Positions 29,019-41,417 of a DNA stretch of 64,000 nt are shown piece after piece. The DNA lies in NCBI GenBank assembly GCA_012295275.1, contig CM022676.1:12090001-12154000 (forward strand). The letters are read 5' to 3'. Each line of letters starts with the position of its first letter. Within the stretch, counting starts at the first letter, position 1. The notes under the pieces were generated by a model. It saw only the letters and a list, made by a program, of their open reading frames with translations. It searched no databases and was not told where the DNA came from. The stretch comes from Chrysomallon squamiferum. Lineage: Eukaryota; Animalia; Mollusca. The position numbers and the translations under genes are program-made.

Positions 29019-30829
29019 CGTTGTCTCTGTTATATCACTTTATGTAGCCCCTGATTAAAAATGTTTCGAGTACGTGTGTAAATAAAATCTTTCTTTCTTC
29101 CTTGTTTACCAGGTAATCACACCCTCTACTACTTCGTATTGTTGTTGGAAGTTTTTGTTACGTGCACACGTCTATTGAACGCTTCAAGTACGTCTTTGCG
29201 GGCAGATAAAACACATTTGTCGATAATCTCATCTCTGGGGTTAGTGCGTATAAACAGTGGCGAATCTTCGCGAAACAGCGACTACGGAAAGCACCGAAGT
29301 CGCTTCCCTCTACAAACATCTCCTACCGATCTTTACGACAAATTTACGATGAAATCAATTAGGTTTAATGAGAGTGCTCAGTTGAGTCCCCACCCCCTTA
29401 GTGCAGCGCCCAGGTCACGTGCTATATTCACCACACCTAACGTAAGTCAGTGGACGTAAGTCACGTTAAGCTTGTCAATTTGGATTACGTCAGAATTACG
29501 CTCGCAGTGACTTGATTGAAATAGTCGATGACAAACTAATTGTCTCTGTCGGGAATTTACTTTTGTAGGTAATTATAGTCCGTGTTACTGACACGTCAAT
29601 TAATCTTCATTTTATTACTGGACTCGGATAACTTTGCTTCTTGTGAGGAAGTTAGGGTTGGTGCGAGGGAGGAAATTGCTACTGGGAAATGATGTTACTG
29701 CCATGCCGTGTTCTTTGGTGAGGGATCGAGACTCAGGTCAAAGGTCGCAGGATCGATGCTCCTCTGTTCGTTTAACTGGGCTGTTATCTGATCCAGCCGG
29801 TTTTAACGATATGGCGTGTTAAAGTCAGAATAACAAATAATCCTTTAAAGTAAAATAGTTTTGTTGATTTCCTCTGATCAGAGCGATCCTGTGTTGTCGT
29901 GTTAAAATAAACGTCACGGACAGAAAAGTGATCAGTGTAACTGTTTTCTTAACTAAACGTTTTAAACACAGTCGGATATCACGGGCAGACCTCTCAGTTC
30001 GCTCACTGAGATTTTTCTCTCGTTCCGACCAGCTGATTTATTACATGTTGTATGCTTTCACTCGTTAGAGGAAGATGATGCGTGTATAAATTATTTGCTG
30101 TGAACCTGTAAGTCCAAAGAATGACGTAACAGAGTTTCTGTTTCATATTATTGAAAGGGATAAAAAAAATAATAATAATAAAATAATAATAATAATAATA
30201 AAATAAATAAAATAAATAAATAAAATAATAGATAAAATATAAAAATAAATCAATAAAACCAAAAAAAACAGAAAAAAAAGAAAACGACACAAACAAAATA
30301 AGGAAAACATGTGCAGTAAAATGGGTCGCGGTATCACTAAACAAATCTTCATTCATCTGTTCATAAACGTTAGACAATTTCTTCATTCGTCCCCTTACTC
30401 TTTTCTTCTTTTCTAACCTTCTTCTGGTCACTCACTGATTTGTCGTTTTCTTGTCTGTCTGTCTGTTGTTACAGCTGTGTTAAACGTCGATAAGCAGTAA
30501 TGAGAGACACTGCGATTCTTTGTCCGCGGTTATATTTTATTTATCTTTATTGCATCTACATCACGTCTGTATCCGACACTAACTCGTTTTTCTGACACGT
30601 TAGATTACATTTCTTCTCACGGAGTAGGACACTGGGCTCTCGAGTGATTGGCCACAGTCGGGGGGTTTCCATAAGCCCGGGGATATTAGTCTGTTAAACT
30701 TTCATCTCGTTTTCTCTCGTTCCGCTCCGAGATTTGTCAGGAAACTGAAGAGACAAATAGAGAAAGAAGCGTTTTGATGGCTTTCTGATTACCTCGCTTG
30801 ATTTGTCTTCCTTATTTCTTTTCTATCGT

Positions 30830-31047
30830 TTCTTCTTCTTCTTGTTCTTCTTTCTTTCTTCTTCTTCTTCTTCTTCTTCTTCTTCTTCTTCTTCTTCTTC
30901 TTCTTTCTTTCTTCTTCTTCTTCTTCTTCTTTCTTTCTTCTTCTTCTTCTTCTTCTTCTTCTTCTTCTTCTTCTTCTTCTTCTTCTTCTTCTTTCTTCTT
31001 CTTCTTCTTCTTCGTCTTCTTTTTCTTCTTCTTCTTCTTTTTCTTTC
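30830..31047. repeat. (CTT)n polypyrimidine microsatellite
   Basis: Direct inspection. Confidence 0.95.
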
Positions 31048-31323
31048 AGAAATGTTGAGACTAATCTGCATCGATTACAAATAATTATCATATTAGCAAT
31101 AATTAGTCATCACTCTTTTTAACGAGCACTTTAGTAATGAGGACAGTGTTGTTGTATGAGGGGGCGGGGGGGGGAGAACACTGCTGTGTTAATCGATCTG
31201 AGGTTTTATGTAACTTTTCGCCTGATAAGCAAAACTGGCGAGCGCAGAAAAATACGAAATGGTTTGTTATTTCTAGAATAAGGACCATCGATTCCAAACA
31301 GCTTCAACATAATCCACCTGAAA

Positions 31324-31376
<53 letters not shown>

Positions 31377-32199
31377 TAATAATAATAATTTAAAAAATTA
31401 GAAAAAAGAAATCGAGGAACAAGAAAGGCAACAACAACAACAACAATAATAAAAATAATAATAATAATAATAGAAACAACATTTTTTTAAAAGTCCATAT
31501 TTCTTTTAAAATAATGATAGAAATATTAATATATATATATATATATATATATATAATAAATAAACCAAAAGCAAATAAATAATAAATAAAACAGTATTCT
31601 ATTTATCTGTTTATGTATTTGTTTCTGTTTTTTTTTTTTTTTGGTGTTTTTGCATAAAATACACAACGTCCTGTTTGTCATGTTTTCATATTATAATGAA
31701 AAATATAAAAAAAAATAAAAAAAAGAAAAAAAAAAAAAACTTCTTTGGTACTGTAGTAACTCATGTAGTAATAGCGACTTGTTTCATTTACCTTATTACA
31801 TAAACGTATCTCTACACTAACTGCCGTTGCTATAAATACATTTCATCGAGTAACTTAACAGCTGTTCATTTATATTTCCGTTTTTCGTGAAATTTCAGTT
31901 CTGGGACAATAGGGAAAGGAGGGCGGGGATAAATTACACCTCCACTAGATGAAATAATTTCATGAGATATCACTAGTAAAAAAAAAACCAGAAAGAAGTT
32001 AAACCGGTCAAATGATAAGCAAACATCCAGGTCAATCGAAACACGATAGACCGAAACAACGTAATCCTCTCTATCTATCAGTGCTAGTGAATGAGGCGCA
32101 ACAAATTGCTTGTGTACAGCTAATTAACGATGACTGAGGTTCATTCCCCGCGCTTCTTAGGCGATTTCAGCTTTCCCTGCAGAATTTGTACAGATCGAT

Positions 32200-32427
32200 T
32201 TACACAGCAGCGCCCTCTGCTGACCAGCCTTCGAAACGGCTGTGAATGGTAGTGACGTCTGCCAGTTCCGCCGGCTAATCGTAGAACGGAATGTGGCGAG
32301 TGTAGTCGCGCGAGTTCTTCAGTTCCCGATCATCTCCGAACTACCTGAGAGATCGTTTCAGTGCTGCTCCCTGCTTTGGAGGAAAATACTGTAAAAAAAA
32401 AAAAAAAAAAGTTTACTTGATGTAAGT
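32200..32427 (+). promoter_or_regulatory. Candidate promoter and non-coding first exon of the GPCR
   Basis: Local GC/CpG-rich island containing a CTCF-like motif (32208-32223, reverse strand TCAGCAGAGGGCGCTG), TGACGTC at ~32253, initiator-like TCAGTT at 32319-32324 and a GTAAGT donor at 32422. Confidence 0.4.
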
Positions 32428-32719
32428 AACGAACATTTTTATCTTCATATTTTTTATTTATTTTTATTTTTATTTATTTATTTATTTAATTATGTTTTGT
32501 TGCTTGTTTAGTTGTTGCTAAAAGATATTTATTACTGAATTTTTGAATGTTTCATTTTTTTATTTTATATATATCTTTATACATTATTTTATATTTTTTC
32601 GCTTAAGCTAAAGTCACAGAGACTTTTTATGTCATAATATTGTGAAATGTAAATATTCCGTTAATAGCGATACCGAAGAAGTAAAAGGTCAAAGAAATAT
32701 AGAAAAAAAAGAATTCAGA

Positions 32720-32797
<78 letters not shown>

Positions 32798-33122
32798 AAT
32801 AAATAAAAAATAAAATCAAAAATCAAAAACAACAAAAAAATAATCATAAAAATAATAATAATAATACAAATAATCAAGATTTTCTTAATACAGATTTATC
32901 TAAAGATATGAAACGTTTTTTATCTTCTAAAATAAAAAATATGAAATGAAATAAAATAAAAATGTTATTCATGTAACATATAGCAGCTGGAACGTCTTAA
33001 ATAAAATAAAATAAGAGACTGTATCCACAAACAAAATCCATAAGAAAAAGCAATATTATTAATTTATTTTTATTTTGTTGTCACTGATTCAGTCCTCACA
33101 TAATTTTATTATTAACTTAGCC

Positions 33123-33188
<66 letters not shown>

Positions 33189-33888
33189 CAACAATAATAA
33201 AAGAAAAATAATCTTTTCATTCCGCTATCTGTAGTTTTATTTATTTTCATACATCTTTCTCGCTGTTTTTATCCTGTTTAGTTTGTTTTATATCTTATAT
33301 CTTTCTCTTTCTCTATCTTCTGTCAGTCTGTCTATCTCTCTTTTTTCTTTCTTTCTTTCACTCTGTCTCTCTGTCTCTGTTTCTGTTTGTCTGGTTCTAT
33401 ATTTCTCTTTCGATCTGTCGTTTGTCTTTCTGTCTGTTCATCTATTTGTCTGTTTGTATCTCCGTGTGTCCGTTTGTCTTTCTCTAATTTTTTTCTATAA
33501 CTTTACTAATTTCTATCCCCCAACAAGAACAAAAAAATTGTTTTTCAGAAGGGTGACCGTTTTTAGTATTATTTTTTATCTTTTTATTTTATTTCCAAGA
33601 ATGTTTTTTTTTTTCAATTTTCATGAAGACCATAAAACATAATAGACCCAGTTTTCTGAATAGAAACAAAAATCTGTCTTTTTTTTCTTTAAAAAAATAA
33701 ATAAATTGCGTTCTTCGTTTCTTTTGTACTTTTTTTCTCTGCTGTAGATGTAAATTAAATCTTTACGCAGTGCCCGAGGCTGTAATTTTTAACACGTCAT
33801 GTTTCCATTTAAACCTTTTCTTGGATTTTCAAAGTTAAAAGGAATAATAGAACTAATAAAGCAAGCAAACACTTTATTTTGTAAAATT

Positions 33889-33930
<42 letters not shown>

Positions 33931-34754
33931 ATATATTTACAAATGATTATTGATCTGGAGAACACAAAATGGCAAATTTTGAAATGATAAAAGATGAATT
34001 ATTATGTAGAAAGTAATCTCATATGTTAAATAAATCATTTTTTATATTAAATAGATGATGTTGAGAAAATCTCACTTCATGTCCTACTCTCATATATTAA
34101 CAGCAATACATGTGTACCCTCTCATAAACAGAAAAACACATTAAATAAGTTTAAGAAAAAAGTCTCAGAGCTTTGTCTGGAACGGAAAATCACGAAGTAC
34201 GATCCTAGAACTAATCATTACACTTATACGCGATTTAAGATTCTGTATTAAAATTCTATATCGTATATTTCACGAAACGAAATCACGAGCTCCAACTCCT
34301 CCTACTGAAATTTTATTTTTATTTTTTATTGTTTCTTTACGAATCCGTTATGGTTTAGGAGTAACTGTATTAATAATGCATTTAAAATTTATAAATAAAC
34401 AAAACAGTATTTCTTTTTTTTTTTTACACAAACTGACTAATTACTGAAACAATACAAAAGAAAATTCTGTTCATGAGACCGATCATAAAATAAATTATTT
34501 ATAAATATTACAGCGCTTTCTGCCCAGTTAGTGAAACATCTGCCATCTCGTATTCTTGTACATTAACATTTACAGAATTAATAACAACAGATTTATAAGC
34601 TTAATATTAAACGCCGAGAAAATGTCTGAGTCAATATTTGTATAAAAGAGTTTTAGAAAGCTAATAAATTTAAACAGATTTACTTCTGATATTGTTATTT
34701 TTGTATTTATGCCGATGATAAAACGTTGCTTGTCAAAAAAATAAATGATAATAA

Positions 34755-34844
<90 letters not shown>

Positions 34845-35209
34845 AATAGAATAAAATAATCTCTGTATAAAAAATATTGCACGTAATATGATAGTGCACT
34901 TTCGTTAATGTCGTCGTTTTACCTAAATGATAATCGCCTGTTTTTAACATCTGTTTCCTATCATAGTTTTTTATCATCTGTCATTGTTTTCTGTCAGAAG
35001 ATATTTCAAACACATTATCATTAATTTCTCTGTTTGACCAGCCTGTTACGGTAACCTGTGTCTGTGTGACATTTTCAGCAAGCTGTAGTTGTCTTCAGTA
35101 AACTCAGTCTCTTTACTGTTCCGCTTACAGCTAATAGCTGTGTATTATCTATACGAGAGACAGGGACACAGTCAACAACAACCTATATTAACATATGTAT
35201 TCACATATA

Positions 35210-35390
35210 AATATTTTAAGATGACGTCACACATATATTCTGAGACGACGTCACAGATATTCTGATATGATGTCTCACAGATGTTCTGAGACGACGTCAC
35301 ATATATTCTGAGATGACGTCACAGATATCCTGATATGATGTCTCACAGATATTCTGAGATGACATCACACATATGTTCTGAGATGACGAT
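35210..35390. repeat. ~21-23-bp degenerate tandem repeat containing TGACGTCA
   Basis: About 8 copies of atattctgagatgacgtcacag. Confidence 0.85.
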
Positions 35391-35571
35391 GGTATTAAGA
35401 GACATGGTGTGTACGTGCGTGTGCGTGTGCGTGTGCGTGTCAGCGAGTATGTGTAGGATACTATTGTGTGTGTTATAATCTCATTGTTTAAACACATCAT
35501 GTTAGTTTTTGTCTTGGACTATAGTCATTTATTGAAAGACATTATGATATTTTTGTTCATATCGTTTTTAC

Positions 35572-35632
<61 letters not shown>

Positions 35633-37045
35633 TATTTATTTATTTACTATTATTATTATTATTTTAATGGCATTAAGCTCTCATAATTATTAATTTTGCG
35701 TAAGTTGTCTGTCTGCAACAGTTTATGTAAATTCTATAGTTCTTTTCTCTCTACGTTCAGATTCACGACAGTTTGTACATACTTTTGCTCGGGTTAAATG
35801 CCAATTTAATCATTTATTGATTTACAAAAATCGTGATTTTTCCACAGTTACCACAATTTTCATATCACGATTCGTCAGTTATATTGCTGACATGAAAACC
35901 ATAAATAGCGCTGTCTGAAACGGTGAACAAATCCAATATAAACCGACTGCCAATTTGCTCCACTTAAAAACCTTTAATGATTAATAATTATATATTACGT
36001 GGCACGACTCTTTTCAGCGAAAAATGAAAATGGCGGTTTCGACAATTATAATGTCTAAATCGAATCAGCGTCCGGTCCGGCTGCTGCTAAAAAATGCGGA
36101 CTGCGGTTTAATGAAGTTAACGCTAATTAATGAAGTAATGAAGCCACCATCTTGTCCAGTAATCTGTGGAAATCAGTGTTCAAGGTTACTTCCTGTTTGT
36201 GGCTTTGTTGATCTTTCTTAATGTTTGTTTGTCAGAGGATTGGAATAAATTATACAGTTTGAAATCTTAAAATAAAAGACGGGAAGCTAATTTTTAATTG
36301 AGTATTTCAGCACAAACACACATATAGAAAAGAATGTACATACATTCCATATACACACACATGCAAAATACACACACACTAATCTATACGCTGTATTTCG
36401 TTGTGGTTGCATCGTTTATTATAATTATCATCATTACTATAACCATGGCGATGTGCACGTGCGAATTCATAGATGCACGCTTTATACTCTGCTCCACTCG
36501 CAACGTTTCATGAGCTGCTAAAGTTAATTCATTTAAACCTGTAACTGGCGCATTCGTGTCACCGAAGTTTTCGATATTTCGTGAATATGACAGACCGCTG
36601 TTCAATAAAATCGCTGGCGAATCTCAGATTAACCTGTATTTAGATGAGTCAGCGGCGAACACGTTACATCTCTTTGACGATTTACGTCAGGCGATGGTCA
36701 CGTGACTCGGAAACGTCTCGTCAAGTTTCACACTGTGTCTGTGTAATTACTGTCAACAACAGCTACAACAACAGCTCGGTTACACGTGGTAATGACAGTA
36801 ACACAAAACTGTAACGTTTACTTTTGGTTACAGAAGTGATTTACTCTCGTCTGAAGGTCGCGGTCAGTTCTGCTTGGTGATCATATCACGGCATTTCCTG
36901 TTCTAACCATAACCCAGTAATTAGTACATCAGTGGTGATGGTATGTTCTCTTTAGCTAAAAGAGTCCTTGCTGGTAGTGTGTATAAGAATAACGCGTGTG
37001 CTTTCTGATATATTTTTGTAAACTTATATCTGTTTATCTGTCAGA

Positions 37046-37104
37046 GTGAAGTCAGCTCAGTGGTTAAAGCGCAGGCTGGGGAGTAGTGGGTTACGTGATC
37101 GAAC
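37046..37104 (+). mobile_element. Possible decayed tRNA-derived SINE head
   Basis: A-box-like agctcagtggttaaagcg followed ~35 bp later by B-box-like gatcgaac; no acceptor stem. Confidence 0.35.
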
Positions 37105-37873
37105 AATAATACAGCAGTAGTAGCAGTAGTAGCAATAGTAGTAGTAGTAGTAACAGTAGTAATAGCATCAACGATTGTTGTAGTAGTAGAAGCAGTAGTA
37201 GTAACAATAGTCGCACCAGTAGTTGTAGTACTAGTAGTAATAAAGTAATAGTAGTAGTAGTAATAGTAGTAGTAGTAGTAACAGTAGTAATAGTATCAGT
37301 AGTTGTTGTAGAAATAGAAGTAGTAGTAGTAATAATAGTAGTACCAGTAGTTGTAGTAGTAGTAGTAGTAGTAATAATAGTAGTAGTAGTAGTCGTAATA
37401 GCAGCAGAGCAGTACTAGCAATACTTGTAGTAGAAGCTGCAGCAAAAGAAAGAACAGTCTACAAAGCGATGGAGTAAAATTGTTCACGTTGAAAATCTTC
37501 AGACTTGTAAACAAACTCGGATTTTGTTTCTAAATGTAGATATCTGAACAATAATCAGGGATTCTGATAGTTTCTGTATACATCGCAGATTACCTACAAC
37601 AGACTAATCTCCTCAAGGATTAGTGGTGCTTACTAAGAAAACGAGAACAAGGAAAACCTAGAAAACTGCACTGACACAGTAAGCAGTTTTGAGTAGTAAC
37701 AAGATATAAATTTATCTGTTGTAGATGTTGTTAGCTCGATATAAACAACAGCGTGGGCGACGTTTGTCATCAATTCATTAAAGACTTTTCATGTTCATAA
37801 TAAATAATAGTAGCGACGACCACATCGATAACAACAACAACAATAACAATAACAGTAATAATAATAATAATAA

Positions 37874-37904
<31 letters not shown>

Positions 37905-37983
37905 AAATAAGGGTGAAAAAAGCCACCTATGACAAAGGCGATAACAAGAAAATAACTAAATGCATTTAAACTTAAATATCTCA

Positions 37984-38056
<73 letters not shown>

Positions 38057-38291
38057 GATCAAGAAGAAGATGAAAGAAATTTTTTTAAGAAATAGTCTTA
38101 ACAAAAGTTATTTTATATATTTATTTTTAGTTCATAACCAGGATACACTCAGAGATGCATTCAGATTTCATTAACCAAGCAAACTCTACACATCCGTGTA
38201 TACGTATCAACACATTTCCCATCAACATCTCAATTTATTCCTCATTCATTCATTTTGTCTTGTAACTAATCAATGGTGTTTACTCTTTCAG

Positions 38292-38919
38292 GTTTCACAG
38301 AAGGCCACTCACAGTGAGTCCGTTTAGCGCTCACAGCATGCAGTAAGCAAAGCTTTCAGTTTTCACTGGGATCGAGAAGCCAGTTCGTAGGACTGATTAG
38401 AGAAACTTCAAACACGTGACGTCATTCGATGTGTGATACGTTTGATCTGACAGCTTTTTGTATACGTCATCGTATCTATGACGTAGTCTGTGTGTGTATG
38501 TGGAAATGATCAGAATGTCTCTGTGTTTATCAGAATAAGTGAAAATCATCACGATTAAAGACGCTCGGTGAACACGTGAAAATTATCAGTAAATATGAAG
38601 TTTAACAGAACACGCACAGTTTTCTGAGCACATCAGCTGCATCGGAAAACGTGAACTACAGTGGAATACGTAACGCTATCAGAATACGTGAACACTATCG
38701 AATACGTGATCACTATCAGATAACAGTGTCACAAAACAGTGAACACTGTCAAATACGTCAAAACTGTGAAAAGACGTGAACGCTCTTAGAACACAAGATC
38801 ATTGCTGTAACACGTGACATCATTCGTAGACTTTATCGCAGAACGTGAACATTTATCATAATACTGAACGATACATCGGAATACGCGTGACGTGTCAGAA
38901 AACGTGAAAAGTACCAAAA
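38292..38919 (+). other. Probable 5' UTR portion of the GPCR coding exon
   Basis: Good acceptor tttactctttcag|G ending at 38291, preceded by a branch-like ctaat. The sequence is non-microsatellite up to the ATG. Confidence 0.5.
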
Positions 38920-40059
38920 ATGGATCGCGTGCTGGATGCGTGGAACAACACGGACTACACAGTAATCGAGGCAGATCTCGCAGATTACAACTTGGACACT
39001 TCAATCCTATTGGCTGAGCTCCGAGCCGACCTCTATCGTCACAAAGACCCCTTCACCATCGTCCTCGCCGTCCTCTACGTCGTGACGTTCATGGCCGGCA
39101 TCCTCGGCAACTTCTTTGTGGTTCTGGTCGTCATCAGACAACGACACATGCGCACGTTAACCAACGTCTTCTTCCTCAACCTCACCATCGGAGACCTGAT
39201 GGTGGTCTCCATCTGCATCCCGGTAACCCTGGGAAACCACGTCTATAAAGACTGGGTCTACGGCGAAATTCTCTGCAAAGCGACGCCGTTTGTGCAAGGC
39301 ACGGCGGTAGGAGTGAGCGTTCTCAGCATGCTCTTCATCAGCATCAACCGCTACTTCGCCATCCACATTCCCCTCAAAGCGAAGATTCTCTTCTCCAAAG
39401 GAAAAGTCATCGTCATGCTGCTGTCCATCTGGATTGTCTCCTTCGTTGTCGTCGCTCCGCTGTTGTTCGTCAACGTGACGACGACGTACGGCGTTCCCGA
39501 CATCTTCGAAGCGCGGATCTGCCAGGAACGCTGGCGAACACTACGAGACAAGCAGCTTTTCAACATTTTTATTTTTGGAGTCCAGTTTTTCGTGCCGCTG
39601 CTGGTGATGGCGGCGATGTACACGAGAATTTCACAGACTCTTTGGACCGAGGACGAGAACCTCCACGCCAGCAACACCAGACAGCAGTGGTCGCGTCAGC
39701 TCCTACGACAGCGGCGCAAAACAGTGAGAAACTTGATCTTCTTAGTGATACTTTTCGGCTGTTCGTGGTTTCCTTACTACGTCGTCAACATCTGGCTAGA
39801 CTTCAACATGAAGTCTGCTGACGCTGGCGTGGTTCTGAACTACATCTACCCGCTCGTGCAGATACTCGGGCTGTCTAACTCCACCCTGAACCCGGTGTGC
39901 TACTGTTTCCTCAGTAAGGGGTTCAGACGCGCCTTCAGGAACATGTGCTGCACGAAGAAGAAGAGGACGAAGCACGGAATGATTATAACTGTGCGCTTCA
40001 AGTATCCCAGAAGCGGCGACGACAGCGGCTTCGACAGCATCGAAACTGTTCTCTCGTAG
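38920..40059 (+). CDS. Rhodopsin-family (class A) GPCR, orexin/allatotropin/QRFP-type neuropeptide receptor-like, single coding exon, 379 aa
   Basis: Seven hydrophobic segments. Motifs: TM1 GN, ICL1 HMRTLTN, TM2 NLTIGD, TM3 Cys (LCKATPFVQG) with ECL2 Cys (ICQERW), SINRY at the DRY position, TM5 FFVP, TM6 SWFPY, TM7 NPVCY, helix 8 FRRAF then CC. N-glycosylation sequon NNT. Visibly GC-rich codons against an AT-rich background. Confidence 0.95.
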   Translation: MDRVLDAWNNTDYTVIEADLADYNLDTSILLAELRADLYRHKDPFTIVLAVLYVVTFMAGILGNFFVVLVVIRQRHMRTLTNVFFLNLTIGDLMVVSICIPVTLGNHVYKDWVYGEILCKATPFVQGTAVGVSVLSMLFISINRYFAIHIPLKAKILFSKGKVIVMLLSIWIVSFVVVAPLLFVNVTTTYGVPDIFEARICQERWRTLRDKQLFNIFIFGVQFFVPLLVMAAMYTRISQTLWTEDENLHASNTRQQWSRQLLRQRRKTVRNLIFLVILFGCSWFPYYVVNIWLDFNMKSADAGVVLNYIYPLVQILGLSNSTLNPVCYCFLSKGFRRAFRNMCCTKKKRTKHGMIITVRFKYPRSGDDSGFDSIETVLS

Positions 40060-40109
40060 TGCGTGTGTGCTCGTAACAAGGACAATTCCATAACAAGCCA
40101 GTACCGTCT

Positions 40110-40560
40110 TAATGTGGACAGAAATCTAGTAATGCGGACAGTATCATCATAATATGGACAGTGCCCTCATAATGTGAAAAGAAATCTAGTAATGCGGACA
40201 GTACTCTTGTAATGTGGACAGTACCCTCATAATGTGGAAAGAAATCTAGTAATGCGGACAGTATTCTTGTAATGCGGACAGTACCCTCATAATGTGGACA
40301 GAAATCTAGTAATGCGGACAGTATCATCATAATATGGACAGTACCCTCATAGTGTGGACAGAAATCTAGTAATGTGAGCAGTATCGTCATAATATGGACA
40401 GTACCCTCATAGTGTGGACAGAAATCTAGTAATGTGAGCAGTATCGTCATAACATGGACAATACTCAAACAATACGGACAGTAACTTCGTTATCTTGTGG
40501 ACAGAAACCTAGTAATGTGATCTGGTAATATCGTCATAATATGGACAGGTCCCTCGTAAT
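40110..40560. repeat. 20-bp minisatellite organised as a 60-bp higher-order repeat, just downstream of the GPCR stop
   Basis: Trimer taatgtggacagaaatctag / taatgcggacagtatcatca / taatatggacagtaccctca, ~6-7 cycles, decaying towards the 3' end. Confidence 0.9.
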
Positions 40561-41383
40561 GGTCGAAAGAAATCAGATTAACCTCGTAATGTGGAACTAT
40601 CGTCATGACGTTCAGGACAATGGCCTCTGTTGGTACGGACAGTAACTTCGTTATCTTGTAATTCGGGCAGGACCATCTGTAATGTGAGCTGAACTGGATT
40701 TAGTTGTTTTTCAGGCATACGGGACAGTCATACGGAAAGGTCTGACGTAACGTGGTCGATACATCTATCCAAACGTTTAACCTCGAAACTGTTTACCAGA
40801 ACTGACTGTCCTCGTTTATGACGTTCAGAATGACGTAACTGGCCTCTGTTGGTACGGACAAAGTTCTGTTGAAGACAACTCGTGAACAAAGATTCGGAAA
40901 ACGTGAGTAATACATCCATTTATGTGAGCTGGACTAACACGAATTTAGTTGTGTTTTTTCAGCTATAACGGGACATGTCATATCAAAATGTGAAGTTTTC
41001 TTCTAATGTGACCAGACCATCTATCACTTGTTTATGAACAAGATTATGAAAACATGAGCTAATGTACATTCCATTTACTTGCGGCGAACACGCACCTAAT
41101 TCTGGCATGTCACTACTAACGCTGACATGCTAGTAATTGTAGCATTTTGACATGTCACTGCTCATTCTTGCATGTCACTACTAATTTCAGCCGTGCAGTG
41201 CGTACCGCAGTATCACGTGACCGGGACAAAGAAAGACTTTTGAAGAAAACTAAATGAACAAAGAAATTAAAAAATGAATAGAGAATACTAATAATGACAA
41301 TGACGACGATGATGATGATGATGATTATAAATAAATAAATAAATAAATAAATAATAATAGTAGTAGTAGTAGTAGTAGTAGTA

Positions 41384-41417
<34 letters not shown>

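Noticed and set aside
28432-29058. 208-aa ORF with CKVFINI repeats as a gene
   Set aside because: Open only because the 21-bp repeat lacks stops; non-ATG start and low-complexity flanks.
39157-40091. Antisense ORFs overlapping the GPCR
   Set aside because: Expected shadows of a GC-rich coding strand.
40109-40468. 119-aa minus-strand repeat ORF (LLDFCPHYEGTVHI)n
   Set aside because: A by-product of the 60-bp repeat; no splice or homology support.
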